A DNA stretch of 64,000 bases, taken from assembly GCA_022450525.1 (NCBI GenBank), contig JAKUQA010000007.1, positions 1,361 to 65,360 of the forward strand, in the 5' to 3' direction. Under the pieces are notes generated by a model. It did not search any database and had not been told where the DNA came from. It worked only from the letters and a program-made list of their open reading frames with translations. This document shows, one piece after another, positions 51,605 through 60,947 of this stretch (position 1 is the first letter of the stretch; each line of letters opens with the position of its first letter). The translations under genes were made by a program, and so were the position numbers. The stretch is from Dehalococcoidia bacterium. Its GTDB lineage: Bacteria > Chloroflexota > Dehalococcoidia > Lucifugimonadales > UBA6952.

Positions 51605-52069
51605 ATGTCAGAAGATTTGAATAAAGATCAGATTGACTATGATAAAAGTCAACTTAATAAAGAATATCCTGCAGGTTCTTTTTTAGTAACTGAAAAAGAA
51701 GTAGCTATGTATTGTAATTCCATTGGCGAATTATCTGAAATTTGTCATGACAAATCTAAAGCATTAGAGGCAGGGTATCGTGATATTGTTGCTCCTCCTA
51801 CGTTTTGTGCCCTTTTTGTAAGGGGATTTGATAGACCAGATATTAACTTAAATTTTGGTAAATCTGGATTTCATGCAGGTGAAGCAATTGATGTTTTAGA
51901 GCCAATATGTGTTGGTGATACACTCGATGCTTCAATCCAGTTAAGTGATGTATATATCAAAACAGGCAGATCAGGTCAAATGGTATTTATTGTCTGGGAA
52001 CACATTTTTAGAAATCAAAATGGAAATATCGCTGCAAAAGTTAGAGAATCACATGTGAGGAGAGAGTGA
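51605..52069 (+). CDS. MaoC N-terminal-like hotdog protein
   Basis: 154 aa. YCNSIGE...IVAPPTFCALF parallels 261..716. Its stop overlaps the next start (GTGATGA). Confidence 0.65.
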   Translation: MSEDLNKDQIDYDKSQLNKEYPAGSFLVTEKEVAMYCNSIGELSEICHDKSKALEAGYRDIVAPPTFCALFVRGFDRPDINLNFGKSGFHAGEAIDVLEPICVGDTLDASIQLSDVYIKTGRSGQMVFIVWEHIFRNQNGNIAAKVRESHVRRE

Positions 52070-52521
52070 TGAAATATATCGAAGACATAGACTTAGGAGA
52101 CGAATTTGGTCCAGTACAAATTGAGGTAAGACCTGATGATGTTATCGATTTTTGCAAAACATGGATTCGTGATGAAGAAAATAGTAAAAATATATTCAAT
52201 GCTGCTCCTACAAGATTTACAGACGAAGAATTTGCTAAAAGCGAAGGGCTTCCTGGAGCTATTGTTCCCGGTATTATGAGTATGGCATATCTAGCTAGAT
52301 TACTAAATACTGCTTGGCCCGATGGTACTATAACTCAGCTAGATGTAGTTTTTCGACAGTTAGTCCTGCACAATCAAACAATTAATTTAGTCGGGGTGGT
52401 AACTGATACGGTCTCAGATGATTCTGAGAATTATATTGAATGTGATGTGTATATTGAAAATAATGAAGGATCGAGACTTGTTGGTGGAAAAGCACGTTTG
52501 AACATACCAACAAAACATTAA
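52066..52521 (+). CDS. MaoC-like hotdog protein (hydratase motif degenerate)
   Basis: 151 aa. GLPGAIVPGIMSMAYL matches the MaoC central-helix region, but no GDxNPxH-like motif is visible. Confidence 0.6.
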   Translation: MMKYIEDIDLGDEFGPVQIEVRPDDVIDFCKTWIRDEENSKNIFNAAPTRFTDEEFAKSEGLPGAIVPGIMSMAYLARLLNTAWPDGTITQLDVVFRQLVLHNQTINLVGVVTDTVSDDSENYIECDVYIENNEGSRLVGGKARLNIPTKH

Positions 52522-52525
52522 ATAT

Positions 52526-53788
52526 TTACAGTGTATTTCCTATAATTTTTTTATTCCACATTTTAGCTATATCTTCTTGATTAATTCCTAAAATAGAATT
52601 AAGTATTTCCTCATTATGTTCCCCATAAATATTTGCACGTTTGAATAGTGGTTCTTGAATATCTCGAAATTCCCAAATGTTTTTTGGGTAACTATGTTCA
52701 CCGGCAATGGGATGATCAATTTTAATGAAATAGTCTCGGCTAGTTAAATGTTCGTTGTAAACAATTTCTCGTTCATTCATGATAGCAGCAGAGGGAATAA
52801 AATGTTTTTGGAGTAAATGCATTAATTCAAATTTATCATACTGTACAGTCCAGTTATTTAGGATTTCATCAATCTCATCATGATATTTGATTCTTTCCAA
52901 AGCATTTTTATATAGTGAATTATTCAAAAGGTCATTAGATTCAAATAGGGTACATAAATTTCCCCAGTCTACGTCGTTTCTTATTGATATAGCTATCCAT
53001 TGATTATCTCCTTTAGACTTATAAACACCTTGAGGAGCTCTTGAAGGATGTCTGTTTCCTATCTGAGTGGGGTTTTTACTATTCATACTATATTCCATTA
53101 AGTATTTTGTAAGATGTGGGATAAATGTTTCGGCCTGTGAAAGATCTATACTTTGCCCAGTCCCTTTTGTATCTCTATGAAATAATGCCATACAAACAGA
53201 TACTACTAAGTTTAGTGCTGCAATAGCATCGGTATGATATATAGACATAGTTTCAGTTGGTTCCGTATCAGGTGGAGTCCGAAGCAACCAATGTCCAGTA
53301 AAAGCATCGAGTCCACTACCTAATGTTACATATTTCTGATAGGGGCCATCAACACCCCATCCAGGCATAGATACCATAATTAGATCTGGTCGGTATTGTT
53401 TCAGTGTCTTGTAGGATATACCGAGATTTTCCATAGTTCCAGCAGAATATCCTTCGATTACTACATCGCTACATTTTACTAACTCAAACAAGGTCTTTTT
53501 CCCCATTTCAGTTTTTAAATCTATAGATAATCCTTTTTTATTTCGGTTTGCCATATTGTGACTTGCGTATCCGTCCCAAGGTCGCTCTTGGCTTAATTCA
53601 TTTTCAACTAATCCTCTACGGGCTGAAATTACATCATGAGGTCTTGTTATTGGGGCCCTTGGATACGATTCAATTTTGATGATTTCTGCACCAAGATCCC
53701 CCATAAGGGAATTCCCCATAGGTCCTGCCCAAACTTCAGTTAATTCCAATATTCGTATATTTTTCAAAGGGTAATTATTTATATTCAC
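52526..53788 (-). CDS. Family III CoA-transferase (CaiB/BaiF)
   Basis: 420 aa. N-terminal RILELTEVWAGPMGNSLMGDLGAEIIKIE is typical of the family. Confidence 0.85.
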   Translation of the reverse strand: MNINNYPLKNIRILELTEVWAGPMGNSLMGDLGAEIIKIESYPRAPITRPHDVISARRGLVENELSQERPWDGYASHNMANRNKKGLSIDLKTEMGKKTLFELVKCSDVVIEGYSAGTMENLGISYKTLKQYRPDLIMVSMPGWGVDGPYQKYVTLGSGLDAFTGHWLLRTPPDTEPTETMSIYHTDAIAALNLVVSVCMALFHRDTKGTGQSIDLSQAETFIPHLTKYLMEYSMNSKNPTQIGNRHPSRAPQGVYKSKGDNQWIAISIRNDVDWGNLCTLFESNDLLNNSLYKNALERIKYHDEIDEILNNWTVQYDKFELMHLLQKHFIPSAAIMNEREIVYNEHLTSRDYFIKIDHPIAGEHSYPKNIWEFRDIQEPLFKRANIYGEHNEEILNSILGINQEDIAKMWNKKIIGNTL

Positions 53789-54999
53789 TAAATAGTTCCA
53801 TTAGACTTTAATATGCATAAATCTTTTACAGGAACACCAAGAAATTTATTCAAAATTTCTTTAGTGTGTTGACTTAATTTGGGAGCAGTGGAACTTATAT
53901 TCCATTCTAACTTAGAAAAACGAAATGGTGCTCCAGTATATGTGATTTCACCAGCCAATTCGTGTTGGGATTTAACAAAATAGGATCTGTGAACTAATTG
54001 AGGATCTAAAAAGAGATCGCCGATTTGGTTTATAGGAGTACACATTACACCGTATTCTTGACATATTTCAAAGACTTTTTGTTTTGGCCTTACAAGCAGC
54101 CATTCGAGGAGATAGGTTTCAAACTCTTCTTGTTTTGATTCTCTATTTGCAGGTATTGACCAATTAGGATCATTCAACAAATCTTCTTTCCCAATTGCAC
54201 TGCATAATCGCCTGAAAAATCTATCTTCTCCTGAACCAAATACAATATAGCCATCAAGACACGGATAGCATCCAGTAGGGTATCTAAGGTCTACTGATCC
54301 TCTCTGAAGTAATCTTTTTGTATATTGATCAAACACAGTACGGGTATCAACATTTCCAATCTGGGCTTCCATTCCAGATATTTCAATTAGATGCCCTTTG
54401 GTATTCTTATTTCTAGCAAATATTGCAGCCATAGAAGCAGCTGCAGCAGTTGTACCTATCTGATACAAAATTACATCAGAGCCATATTGAAGGGGGGGGC
54501 CGTCTGCTATTCCGTGCGGTGACATTCTGTTAGTGAGGGCAAATGAAATAAAATCGTTTGTTTCATAATCTTCATACGGCCCATTATTACCGAAAGGCGT
54601 GATGTGTGTAATGATTAAGCTTGAATTCAATTTATTGAGTAGCTCTAGAGGTAATCCTATTTTGTTTAAATAACTAGATGGTTTATCAATAACAAGTAAG
54701 TCACTTTTTTTAATCAATTCAATAAATAATGCTTTACCATCGCTTGTATCTAAATTTAAAGTGATACTTTTTTTATTAGTATTCAAATTTAGATATAATC
54801 CACTCGTTTCGCTATTGGGTATATCGTTTGGGAAAGGTGCAGATTTTCTACTTGAATCACCCTCTTTAGGCTCGATTTTTATAACATTTGCTCCATAATC
54901 AGCAAATAGTTTTGTGCAATATGGCGCAGACACATAATCACCAATTTCTAATATTATTAGATTTTTAAAAGCTGTTTTGTAAGTATCTTTCATAATCAT
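53788..54999 (-). CDS. Family III CoA-transferase (CaiB/BaiF)
   Basis: 403 aa. LIILEIGDYVSAPYCTKLFADYGANVIKIEP. Its stop shares 1 nt with the downstream paralog's start. Confidence 0.85.
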   Translation of the reverse strand: MIMKDTYKTAFKNLIILEIGDYVSAPYCTKLFADYGANVIKIEPKEGDSSRKSAPFPNDIPNSETSGLYLNLNTNKKSITLNLDTSDGKALFIELIKKSDLLVIDKPSSYLNKIGLPLELLNKLNSSLIITHITPFGNNGPYEDYETNDFISFALTNRMSPHGIADGPPLQYGSDVILYQIGTTAAAASMAAIFARNKNTKGHLIEISGMEAQIGNVDTRTVFDQYTKRLLQRGSVDLRYPTGCYPCLDGYIVFGSGEDRFFRRLCSAIGKEDLLNDPNWSIPANRESKQEEFETYLLEWLLVRPKQKVFEICQEYGVMCTPINQIGDLFLDPQLVHRSYFVKSQHELAGEITYTGAPFRFSKLEWNISSTAPKLSQHTKEILNKFLGVPVKDLCILKSNGTI

Positions 55000-55163
55000 A
55001 TTGGTTTTTTATTTTTTACCATTAAAAAATTCTAATGGTCATCGGTCAAGTATATAATCTGGTATTAATAGTTAATTATTTTAGATAGTATTACTTATTA
55101 TTCATTAATTAACTTGTTTTTAATAAGTGTGGTATATTTTACGTAAATTATTGGAGTTTTTTT

Positions 55164-56231
55164 ATGAATATGGATTTAATTAAAGAAATTACATTAACAG
55201 AAATAGTTTTTGCCATAACTATAGTTTCTACAGGGCTGATTATAGCGATTGTTTTGTTTTTTATTTTTCGTAGAATACAGCAAAACCTCAAAGCGAATAA
55301 TCAATCTCAACTTGCTGCTGTTATAAAAGACTTTGACAAAATGGTTATTATTTCTTCAATATTCATATCCATCTATATGGCATTGCTTTCTATTGAAGTA
55401 ATACGTTCTAGCCTCTCACAATTCAACCAAGTATTTACAATTTTACTTATCGCTCTTATTTCTTATACTCTTGAAAAGTCAAAACGGCATTTACTTGAAT
55501 GGTACTCGATAAAAATAAACTATAACAATTCCCCACAAATAAAAACCTTGAAAACATTAATACCTACGGTCCAATGGTTTTCAACTTTAGTAATAATTTC
55601 ATTATCATTATTAATCTGTTTAGATATTATTGGGATCTCAATCGCACCACTAATTGCCGGTTTAGGTATTGGAGGCTTAGCTGTTGCATTAGCTCTACAA
55701 GGCACATTGAGTAATTTTTTTGCTGGAGTAAATGTTCTTACTGATGGGAACATACAAGTAGGGGATTATATCGAACTTGCCGATGGGTATGGAGGATATG
55801 TTTCAACAATTGGTTGGAGATCTACTCGTATTAGAACTCTTTCAGACAATACAGTTACAATTCCTAATGGTCGTTTAGCTGATACAATCGTTACTAATTA
55901 TAATCATCCAACGGATGAAATGTCTGTCTTTATAAAAATGGGTGTTGGGTATTTTGAGAATCTTGATAATGTTGAAAACGTAGTAATTGAAGTTGCTACT
56001 CAAGTTATAGAGACTACCGAAGGAGCTGTTTCGCAACACGCACCAACTGTTTGGTATGAAGAATTCGGTGATGATAATGTAAATTTTTATGCAGTAATGA
56101 GGGCAAAGGGTTACATCGATTCTTGGAGAGTCAAACATTCATTTATAAAAGCTATTTCTACCAGATTCCGAACAGAAAACATTGAGATATCTTTCCATAA
56201 CACAAATATATTTATGAGAGACGAATCATAA
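55164..56231 (+). CDS. Mechanosensitive ion channel (MscS family)
   Basis: 355 aa. Multiple TM helices followed by the MscS core (GLAVALALQGTLSNFFAGVNVL...QVGDYIEL...GYVSTIGWRSTRIRT). Confidence 0.8.
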   Translation: MNMDLIKEITLTEIVFAITIVSTGLIIAIVLFFIFRRIQQNLKANNQSQLAAVIKDFDKMVIISSIFISIYMALLSIEVIRSSLSQFNQVFTILLIALISYTLEKSKRHLLEWYSIKINYNNSPQIKTLKTLIPTVQWFSTLVIISLSLLICLDIIGISIAPLIAGLGIGGLAVALALQGTLSNFFAGVNVLTDGNIQVGDYIELADGYGGYVSTIGWRSTRIRTLSDNTVTIPNGRLADTIVTNYNHPTDEMSVFIKMGVGYFENLDNVENVVIEVATQVIETTEGAVSQHAPTVWYEEFGDDNVNFYAVMRAKGYIDSWRVKHSFIKAISTRFRTENIEISFHNTNIFMRDES

Positions 56232-56239
56232 ATTAAATT

Positions 56240-56683
56240 ATGTTACTGAATTCATATACCTTATTGATAATTAAAAATGTTATTACTGTCATTTATGGTA
56301 GCTGGTTTATATACATTGGTGTACAGCACTTCGTAGATCCAGAATGGTTTGAGCCTATCGTTCCAAGTTTCCTTGGTTTTCCTAAATTCTGGGTTTTAGT
56401 AAGTGGTTTCTTAGAGATAGTATTGGGTATGTTTTTAATAATTCCTTTGACAAGAAAATTTTCCGGAGTTTGTTTAGTTTTATTCTTAATAATTATATAT
56501 ATTGCAAATATCAATATGTGGATATTCGATATACCTATAGGTGGCAATAGACTTTCTACCCAGGGTCATATAATACGAGCGTTAGCGCAAGTTTTGTTAA
56601 TAATTATTGCCTTATATATATCTGAAATTAATCCAATAAATTATTTGCGTATCAAATTTAACAACGCTCGAAATCGTAATTAA
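56240..56683 (+). CDS. Small integral membrane protein (possibly DoxX-like)
   Basis: 147 aa with about 4 hydrophobic helices. The family assignment is tentative. Confidence 0.45.
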   Translation: MLLNSYTLLIIKNVITVIYGSWFIYIGVQHFVDPEWFEPIVPSFLGFPKFWVLVSGFLEIVLGMFLIIPLTRKFSGVCLVLFLIIIYIANINMWIFDIPIGGNRLSTQGHIIRALAQVLLIIIALYISEINPINYLRIKFNNARNRN

Positions 56684-56876
56684 ATTACAATTATGCAAAA
56701 AAATAGCCATCTTCTGGCTTGAATAGCCATTTAGGGTTTTTCCTATTGACAATATACTTGCTCGACTGTATCGTTTGATGTTAATGTGATAAGAACATAG
56801 GTTTAACATGTAATAGATGTGTTTAACCTGTATTTCGCTTTTTTATTTATGTGTGTTATTAATGGGAGGTTTTGTT

Positions 56877-58721
56877 ATGACAAACAAGTTTACCAAACTT
56901 ATGACCCTTGGTTGTTTGGTGCTCTTGGTATCTGGCCTGTCAATCTCTTGTGGTGGAGATGATGATTCATCTTCAACAGCAAGTACATCGACAGCAAGTA
57001 CCAGTACGAGTACAGCGAGCACTAGTACTGCAAGCACAAGCACTGCAAGTACTGCAACTACTGAGGCATCGACAGCAACTAACGTTGTTACAGGAATCGC
57101 TGCTTACAGCGAAGGTCAAAAAGGTGAAGTAGCAAAAGCAACACCAGTAACTGTGGATAAAAGTTCATTTACATCAATTAAACGTGGTGGAATTTTGAAC
57201 CAAGCTCACAGAAGAAGCCCTCGATACTTTAGACAGGACCTTTCTACTGCTAGTGATGAAACTGCAGCTTCTATGCCTATATTCAACGGATTACTATGGA
57301 CTGCACCACCAACTCATACCCAGGTCACTGGCGACATCGCTAAAGACTGGACAATTATGAATGCTGGTAAAACATATATCTTTGATCTTCATGAAAACAT
57401 TGTTAACCACAATGGTAACAAGTTTGATTCTGAAGATGTTAAGTTTACACTTGAATGGCTCGGTGCTGAATCAGATAACCGACCACCACACTCAAGCGTA
57501 TCTGCTGGTGGAGAATCCATATTTAAAGACATAAGAACAAATGGTCCAAATCAAATTATCATTGATTTGAACGCTGCTGATTCTGTTTTCTTCCCACAAT
57601 TAGGCCAACGCTACATGAATATGCACACTGAGGCTGACTTTGATGAAGAAGGTTCTAAAGATGCACCTGTTGGAACTGGTCCTTATGCTATGACTAGCCA
57701 CGTACCAGGTGAAAAGATTGAATATCGAAAACACAGCGACTACTTTAAAGCCGGTCTTCCATATCTTGACGGAATAGATACTTTCATTATTCGTGACCCA
57801 ACCCCTCGATTTGCTGCATTCGAAGCAAAACGACTTGATATTATCTTGATGGGTAGTAGTCATGGTTTGTATTCAGATATTGCGACTGCTATGGAAAAAC
57901 GACACCAAGGTGAAGTTACTTGGTATGAAGGTCTTCATACTGTAGGTAGAGGTGTTCACTTCAACCACAGAAAAGAAGGTCCTTGGTCAGATAAGAGAGT
58001 TAGACAAGCTGTTAATTTAGCTATTGATAGAGATGCAATCTGTCAGGCAATACCAGCTTGTTTCCCTGGCTATCAATTACCATCAGCAACCTATGGTATT
58101 ACAGACCGAGCAGCTTTGAACGACAGAGCTGGCTGGGCTCCTGCAGGTCCTGCTAAGGACGCAGAAATTGCAGCAGCTAAGCAACTCATGGCTGACGCTG
58201 GATATCCAAATGGATTTGAAGTTGATGTTTTGTGTAGAGACTCAGTTGACTATGCAGAAAGACTTTGTCCAGTTGCTGAATTCTTATTGAGAGAAAGCTT
58301 GAACATCCGATCTACTCTCGATGTTAAAGAGACTGGTGCTTGGAACGAAGCACAACAGCAAACAGGTGAATGGATGATGGAATTTGGTTCTGCTAACTCA
58401 GCAAACGTTGACCATCCATACAACTGGCTCGAGTACTGGGGATTCTGTGGAGAGGGATTGTTTGAAAACATCCGTGGTTGGTGTAATGAAGATTATGACC
58501 AACTTCTCCGAGACATGAGAGCAGAAACTGATACCGCTAAACTTACAGATTTAGCTACTCAGGCAATTGCTATTCTTGATGAGGAAGTTCCTTCAGCTCA
58601 CTTATTCTGGCCATCCAGATTCTCAATCCGCTGGAATTATGTAATGAATCCTGCTGATGAGAAAAATGCTGGACAGTATTCTGCAGCAAGAAGATTTGAA
58701 AATCAGTGGCTCAATAAATAA
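56877..58721 (+). CDS. ABC transporter substrate-binding lipoprotein, family 5 (peptide/nickel type)
   Basis: Start moved to ATG 56877 (GGGAGG lies 7 nt upstream). Signal peptide with lipobox-like LSISC, an S/T/A-rich linker, then an SBP_bac_5-like body (GTGPY, YRKHSDYFK, LPYLDGI). Confidence 0.85.
   Translation: MTNKFTKLMTLGCLVLLVSGLSISCGGDDDSSSTASTSTASTSTSTASTSTASTSTASTATTEASTATNVVTGIAAYSEGQKGEVAKATPVTVDKSSFTSIKRGGILNQAHRRSPRYFRQDLSTASDETAASMPIFNGLLWTAPPTHTQVTGDIAKDWTIMNAGKTYIFDLHENIVNHNGNKFDSEDVKFTLEWLGAESDNRPPHSSVSAGGESIFKDIRTNGPNQIIIDLNAADSVFFPQLGQRYMNMHTEADFDEEGSKDAPVGTGPYAMTSHVPGEKIEYRKHSDYFKAGLPYLDGIDTFIIRDPTPRFAAFEAKRLDIILMGSSHGLYSDIATAMEKRHQGEVTWYEGLHTVGRGVHFNHRKEGPWSDKRVRQAVNLAIDRDAICQAIPACFPGYQLPSATYGITDRAALNDRAGWAPAGPAKDAEIAAAKQLMADAGYPNGFEVDVLCRDSVDYAERLCPVAEFLLRESLNIRSTLDVKETGAWNEAQQQTGEWMMEFGSANSANVDHPYNWLEYWGFCGEGLFENIRGWCNEDYDQLLRDMRAETDTAKLTDLATQAIAILDEEVPSAHLFWPSRFSIRWNYVMNPADEKNAGQYSAARRFENQWLNK
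56958..57083 (+). repeat. Imperfect short tandem repeats encoding an S/T/A low-complexity linker
   Basis: The DNA reads ..ACAGCAAGTACATCGACAGCAAGTACCAGTACGAGTACAGCGAGCACTAGTACTGCAAGCACAAGCACTGCAAGTACTGCA.. It encodes DDDSSSTASTSTASTSTSTASTSTASTSTASTATTEASTATN immediately after the lipid-modified Cys. Confidence 0.8.
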
Positions 58722-58747
58722 TTGAGTAAATAGAAACTGAATTTAAT

Positions 58748-58784
58748 GAAGAGCGCGATTATTAATCGCGCTCTTCTCTTTTGT
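58748..58784 (+). terminator. Rho-independent terminator after the SBP gene
   Basis: A perfect 12-13 bp stem GAAGAGCGCGAT(T) / (A)ATCGCGCTCTTC with a short AT loop, followed by TCTTTTGTT. Confidence 0.8.
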
Positions 58785-58806
58785 TAACAATGTAGGAGAA
58801 TTCTAA

Positions 58807-60012
58807 ATGACAAAATCCTGGTCCTATCTAGTCGCATTATCTGCTGGACATATGGTTAAACACTTTTATCAACAAGGAATATTGTTATTAATACCTTTTG
58901 TTAAGGCATCATTAGGATTGACAGATGTTCAGGTAGGATTGCTAGGAACTTCTCGTACAATCTTCTCATCAGCTATGAATATACCTGCAGGCATTATGGC
59001 CGATGTTTGGAGAGATAAAATCTCCATTATGCTTACTGCCAGTTTACTTTCGTTATCAATTGGATACTTTTTATTAGGTGTAGCCCCAAATTTTATAATT
59101 GTCTTTTTAGGAATTGCCATCACAGGTATGGGCACGTCTTTATGGCATGCACCGGCTTTTGGCTCCCTTGCCGTAGTTTATCCTGATAGAAAAGCAACAG
59201 CTATGGCAGGGCATCGAATGGGTGGATCAATTGGAGATACATTTGCCCCATTTGTTATTGGTGCAATTCTTGGTGGAATTAGTCTCTCATTTTTATCGAC
59301 TGATGCTATTAAATGGGAATCTCTCTCCTTATTCATGAGTATTCCTGTAGCTTTATGTGCCATTTTGGTTGCTATATTTTTTAGAAATAAATCGAGTATT
59401 GCTGGTGATTCTTTAAATATTAATGAATATTTTGTTGCTGTAATCCCATTACTAAAAAATAAAGCTGTTCTCAGTATGGTTTTATTATCTGGAATACGTG
59501 GTATGTCACATAATTCATTGTCTATATTTCTTATGGTCTACATGGTAGAAGACTTAGGGTTTGGTTCGTTTACTGCAGGTTTCCACTTATCCCTTCTTAC
59601 TCTATTTGGTGTGATATCCGCACCTATCATGGGCATGATATCTGATAAAAAAGGAAGAAGATCTATAATCTTTTTTGCTATAGCCACTACAGCTATTTTA
59701 GTATTTTTATTGATACCTTTTGGTACAGGGATAATGCTAACTGTAATATTGGCACTTTTGGGTACTGTCTTATATACCGTCAATCCTATTATGTTAGCTA
59801 CTGCCCTTGATTCTGCAAATAAAGGTACAGAAGGCTCTGCTACATCCCTTATGTTTACAGGTGCTGCAATATTTTCTGCTTTTGGCCCTGTATTTGCTGG
59901 GTATCTTAAACAAACATATGGCACTATGGATGCAGTCTTTTGGTTTGTAGGAATTATGATGACAATTAGTGCAATTGCAACCCTCATAGTACCAATGAAG
60001 ACAAATCAATAG
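58807..60012 (+). CDS. MFS transporter
   Basis: 401 aa with about 12 hydrophobic segments, and an MFS-like loop motif (GMISDKKGRR). Confidence 0.8.
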   Translation: MTKSWSYLVALSAGHMVKHFYQQGILLLIPFVKASLGLTDVQVGLLGTSRTIFSSAMNIPAGIMADVWRDKISIMLTASLLSLSIGYFLLGVAPNFIIVFLGIAITGMGTSLWHAPAFGSLAVVYPDRKATAMAGHRMGGSIGDTFAPFVIGAILGGISLSFLSTDAIKWESLSLFMSIPVALCAILVAIFFRNKSSIAGDSLNINEYFVAVIPLLKNKAVLSMVLLSGIRGMSHNSLSIFLMVYMVEDLGFGSFTAGFHLSLLTLFGVISAPIMGMISDKKGRRSIIFFAIATTAILVFLLIPFGTGIMLTVILALLGTVLYTVNPIMLATALDSANKGTEGSATSLMFTGAAIFSAFGPVFAGYLKQTYGTMDAVFWFVGIMMTISAIATLIVPMKTNQ

Positions 60013-60024
60013 TAATATAACTAT

Positions 60025-60882
60025 ATGAGCTTTATTAAACTAGATAACTATTCTTTTCACTACCATCATTATAATGGCGATGGTCCTGATCTTGTATTAC
60101 TTCATGGATTAGCTTCTAATTTGAATATATGGAATTTAGTTGCGCCAGTTTTGTCACAAAACTTTAATGTATACACACTTGACCAAAGGGGCCATGGACT
60201 TTCTTCTAAACCAGATATTGGTTATGATTTCGATTCTATATCTAATGATCTTACTTCTATTTGTAGCAAGCTAAACTTACATTCCCCACTTATTGTTGGG
60301 CATAGCTGGGGTGCTAATGTTGTTATTCATACCCTTGCAAACAATAAGGACAATTATTTTAGAGGCGGAGTGTTGGTTGATGGGGGAGTGTTAAATATTT
60401 CAAAAACGAATCGTTCCCCTTGGTCTGAAATCGAAACTCGTTTGGCACCTCCTGTGTTAACTCATTTAACATTAAATCAATTATTACAAAGAGTCCGAGA
60501 AAATCGAAAAGAAGACTGGAACAAAGCTTTTGAAGATGTTTTAACTAATTCTTTTGAAGTTGTTAACGGTTTAATTAAACCTAGACTATCTCGAGAAAAT
60601 CATATGAAGATACTATATGAAATATGGAACGAAAACATTTCATTGTCATTAGAATCTATCAATTCACCTGTGCTAATATTGCCTGTATCCTCTGATAATA
60701 GCGAATCTGTTAGCCCTAATATGCATGGAGTTAGTAAAAAAGATGCGGTAAATATGGCAATGTCTAAATTATCCAAATCAGAAGTGATATGGTTAAAAAA
60801 TTCTATTCATGATGTTCCCATTCAAAATCCAAAGCTTATAGTCGATGCTATTTTACAATCAAAAGATACTCTATTTACTTAA
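60025..60882 (+). CDS. Alpha/beta hydrolase
   Basis: 285 aa. HG oxyanion motif (LLHGLASN), nucleophile elbow GHSWGA, and a C-terminal His (SIHD). Confidence 0.8.
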   Translation: MSFIKLDNYSFHYHHYNGDGPDLVLLHGLASNLNIWNLVAPVLSQNFNVYTLDQRGHGLSSKPDIGYDFDSISNDLTSICSKLNLHSPLIVGHSWGANVVIHTLANNKDNYFRGGVLVDGGVLNISKTNRSPWSEIETRLAPPVLTHLTLNQLLQRVRENRKEDWNKAFEDVLTNSFEVVNGLIKPRLSRENHMKILYEIWNENISLSLESINSPVLILPVSSDNSESVSPNMHGVSKKDAVNMAMSKLSKSEVIWLKNSIHDVPIQNPKLIVDAILQSKDTLFT

Positions 60883-60947
60883 TTTGATTTTTATTAATTT
60901 CTATTGGACAATATTAGTAGAGTATTTAAAAATAGGTATTTTCACAT

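Noticed and set aside
56684-56876. Possible riboswitch or leader upstream of the SBP gene (direct repeats AATAGCCAT x2 and GTTTAAC x2; TTGACA-17-TATCGT)
   Set aside because: There is no match to any riboswitch core I recognise. The repeats are short. It is most simply a promoter region, and the evidence is too weak to annotate.
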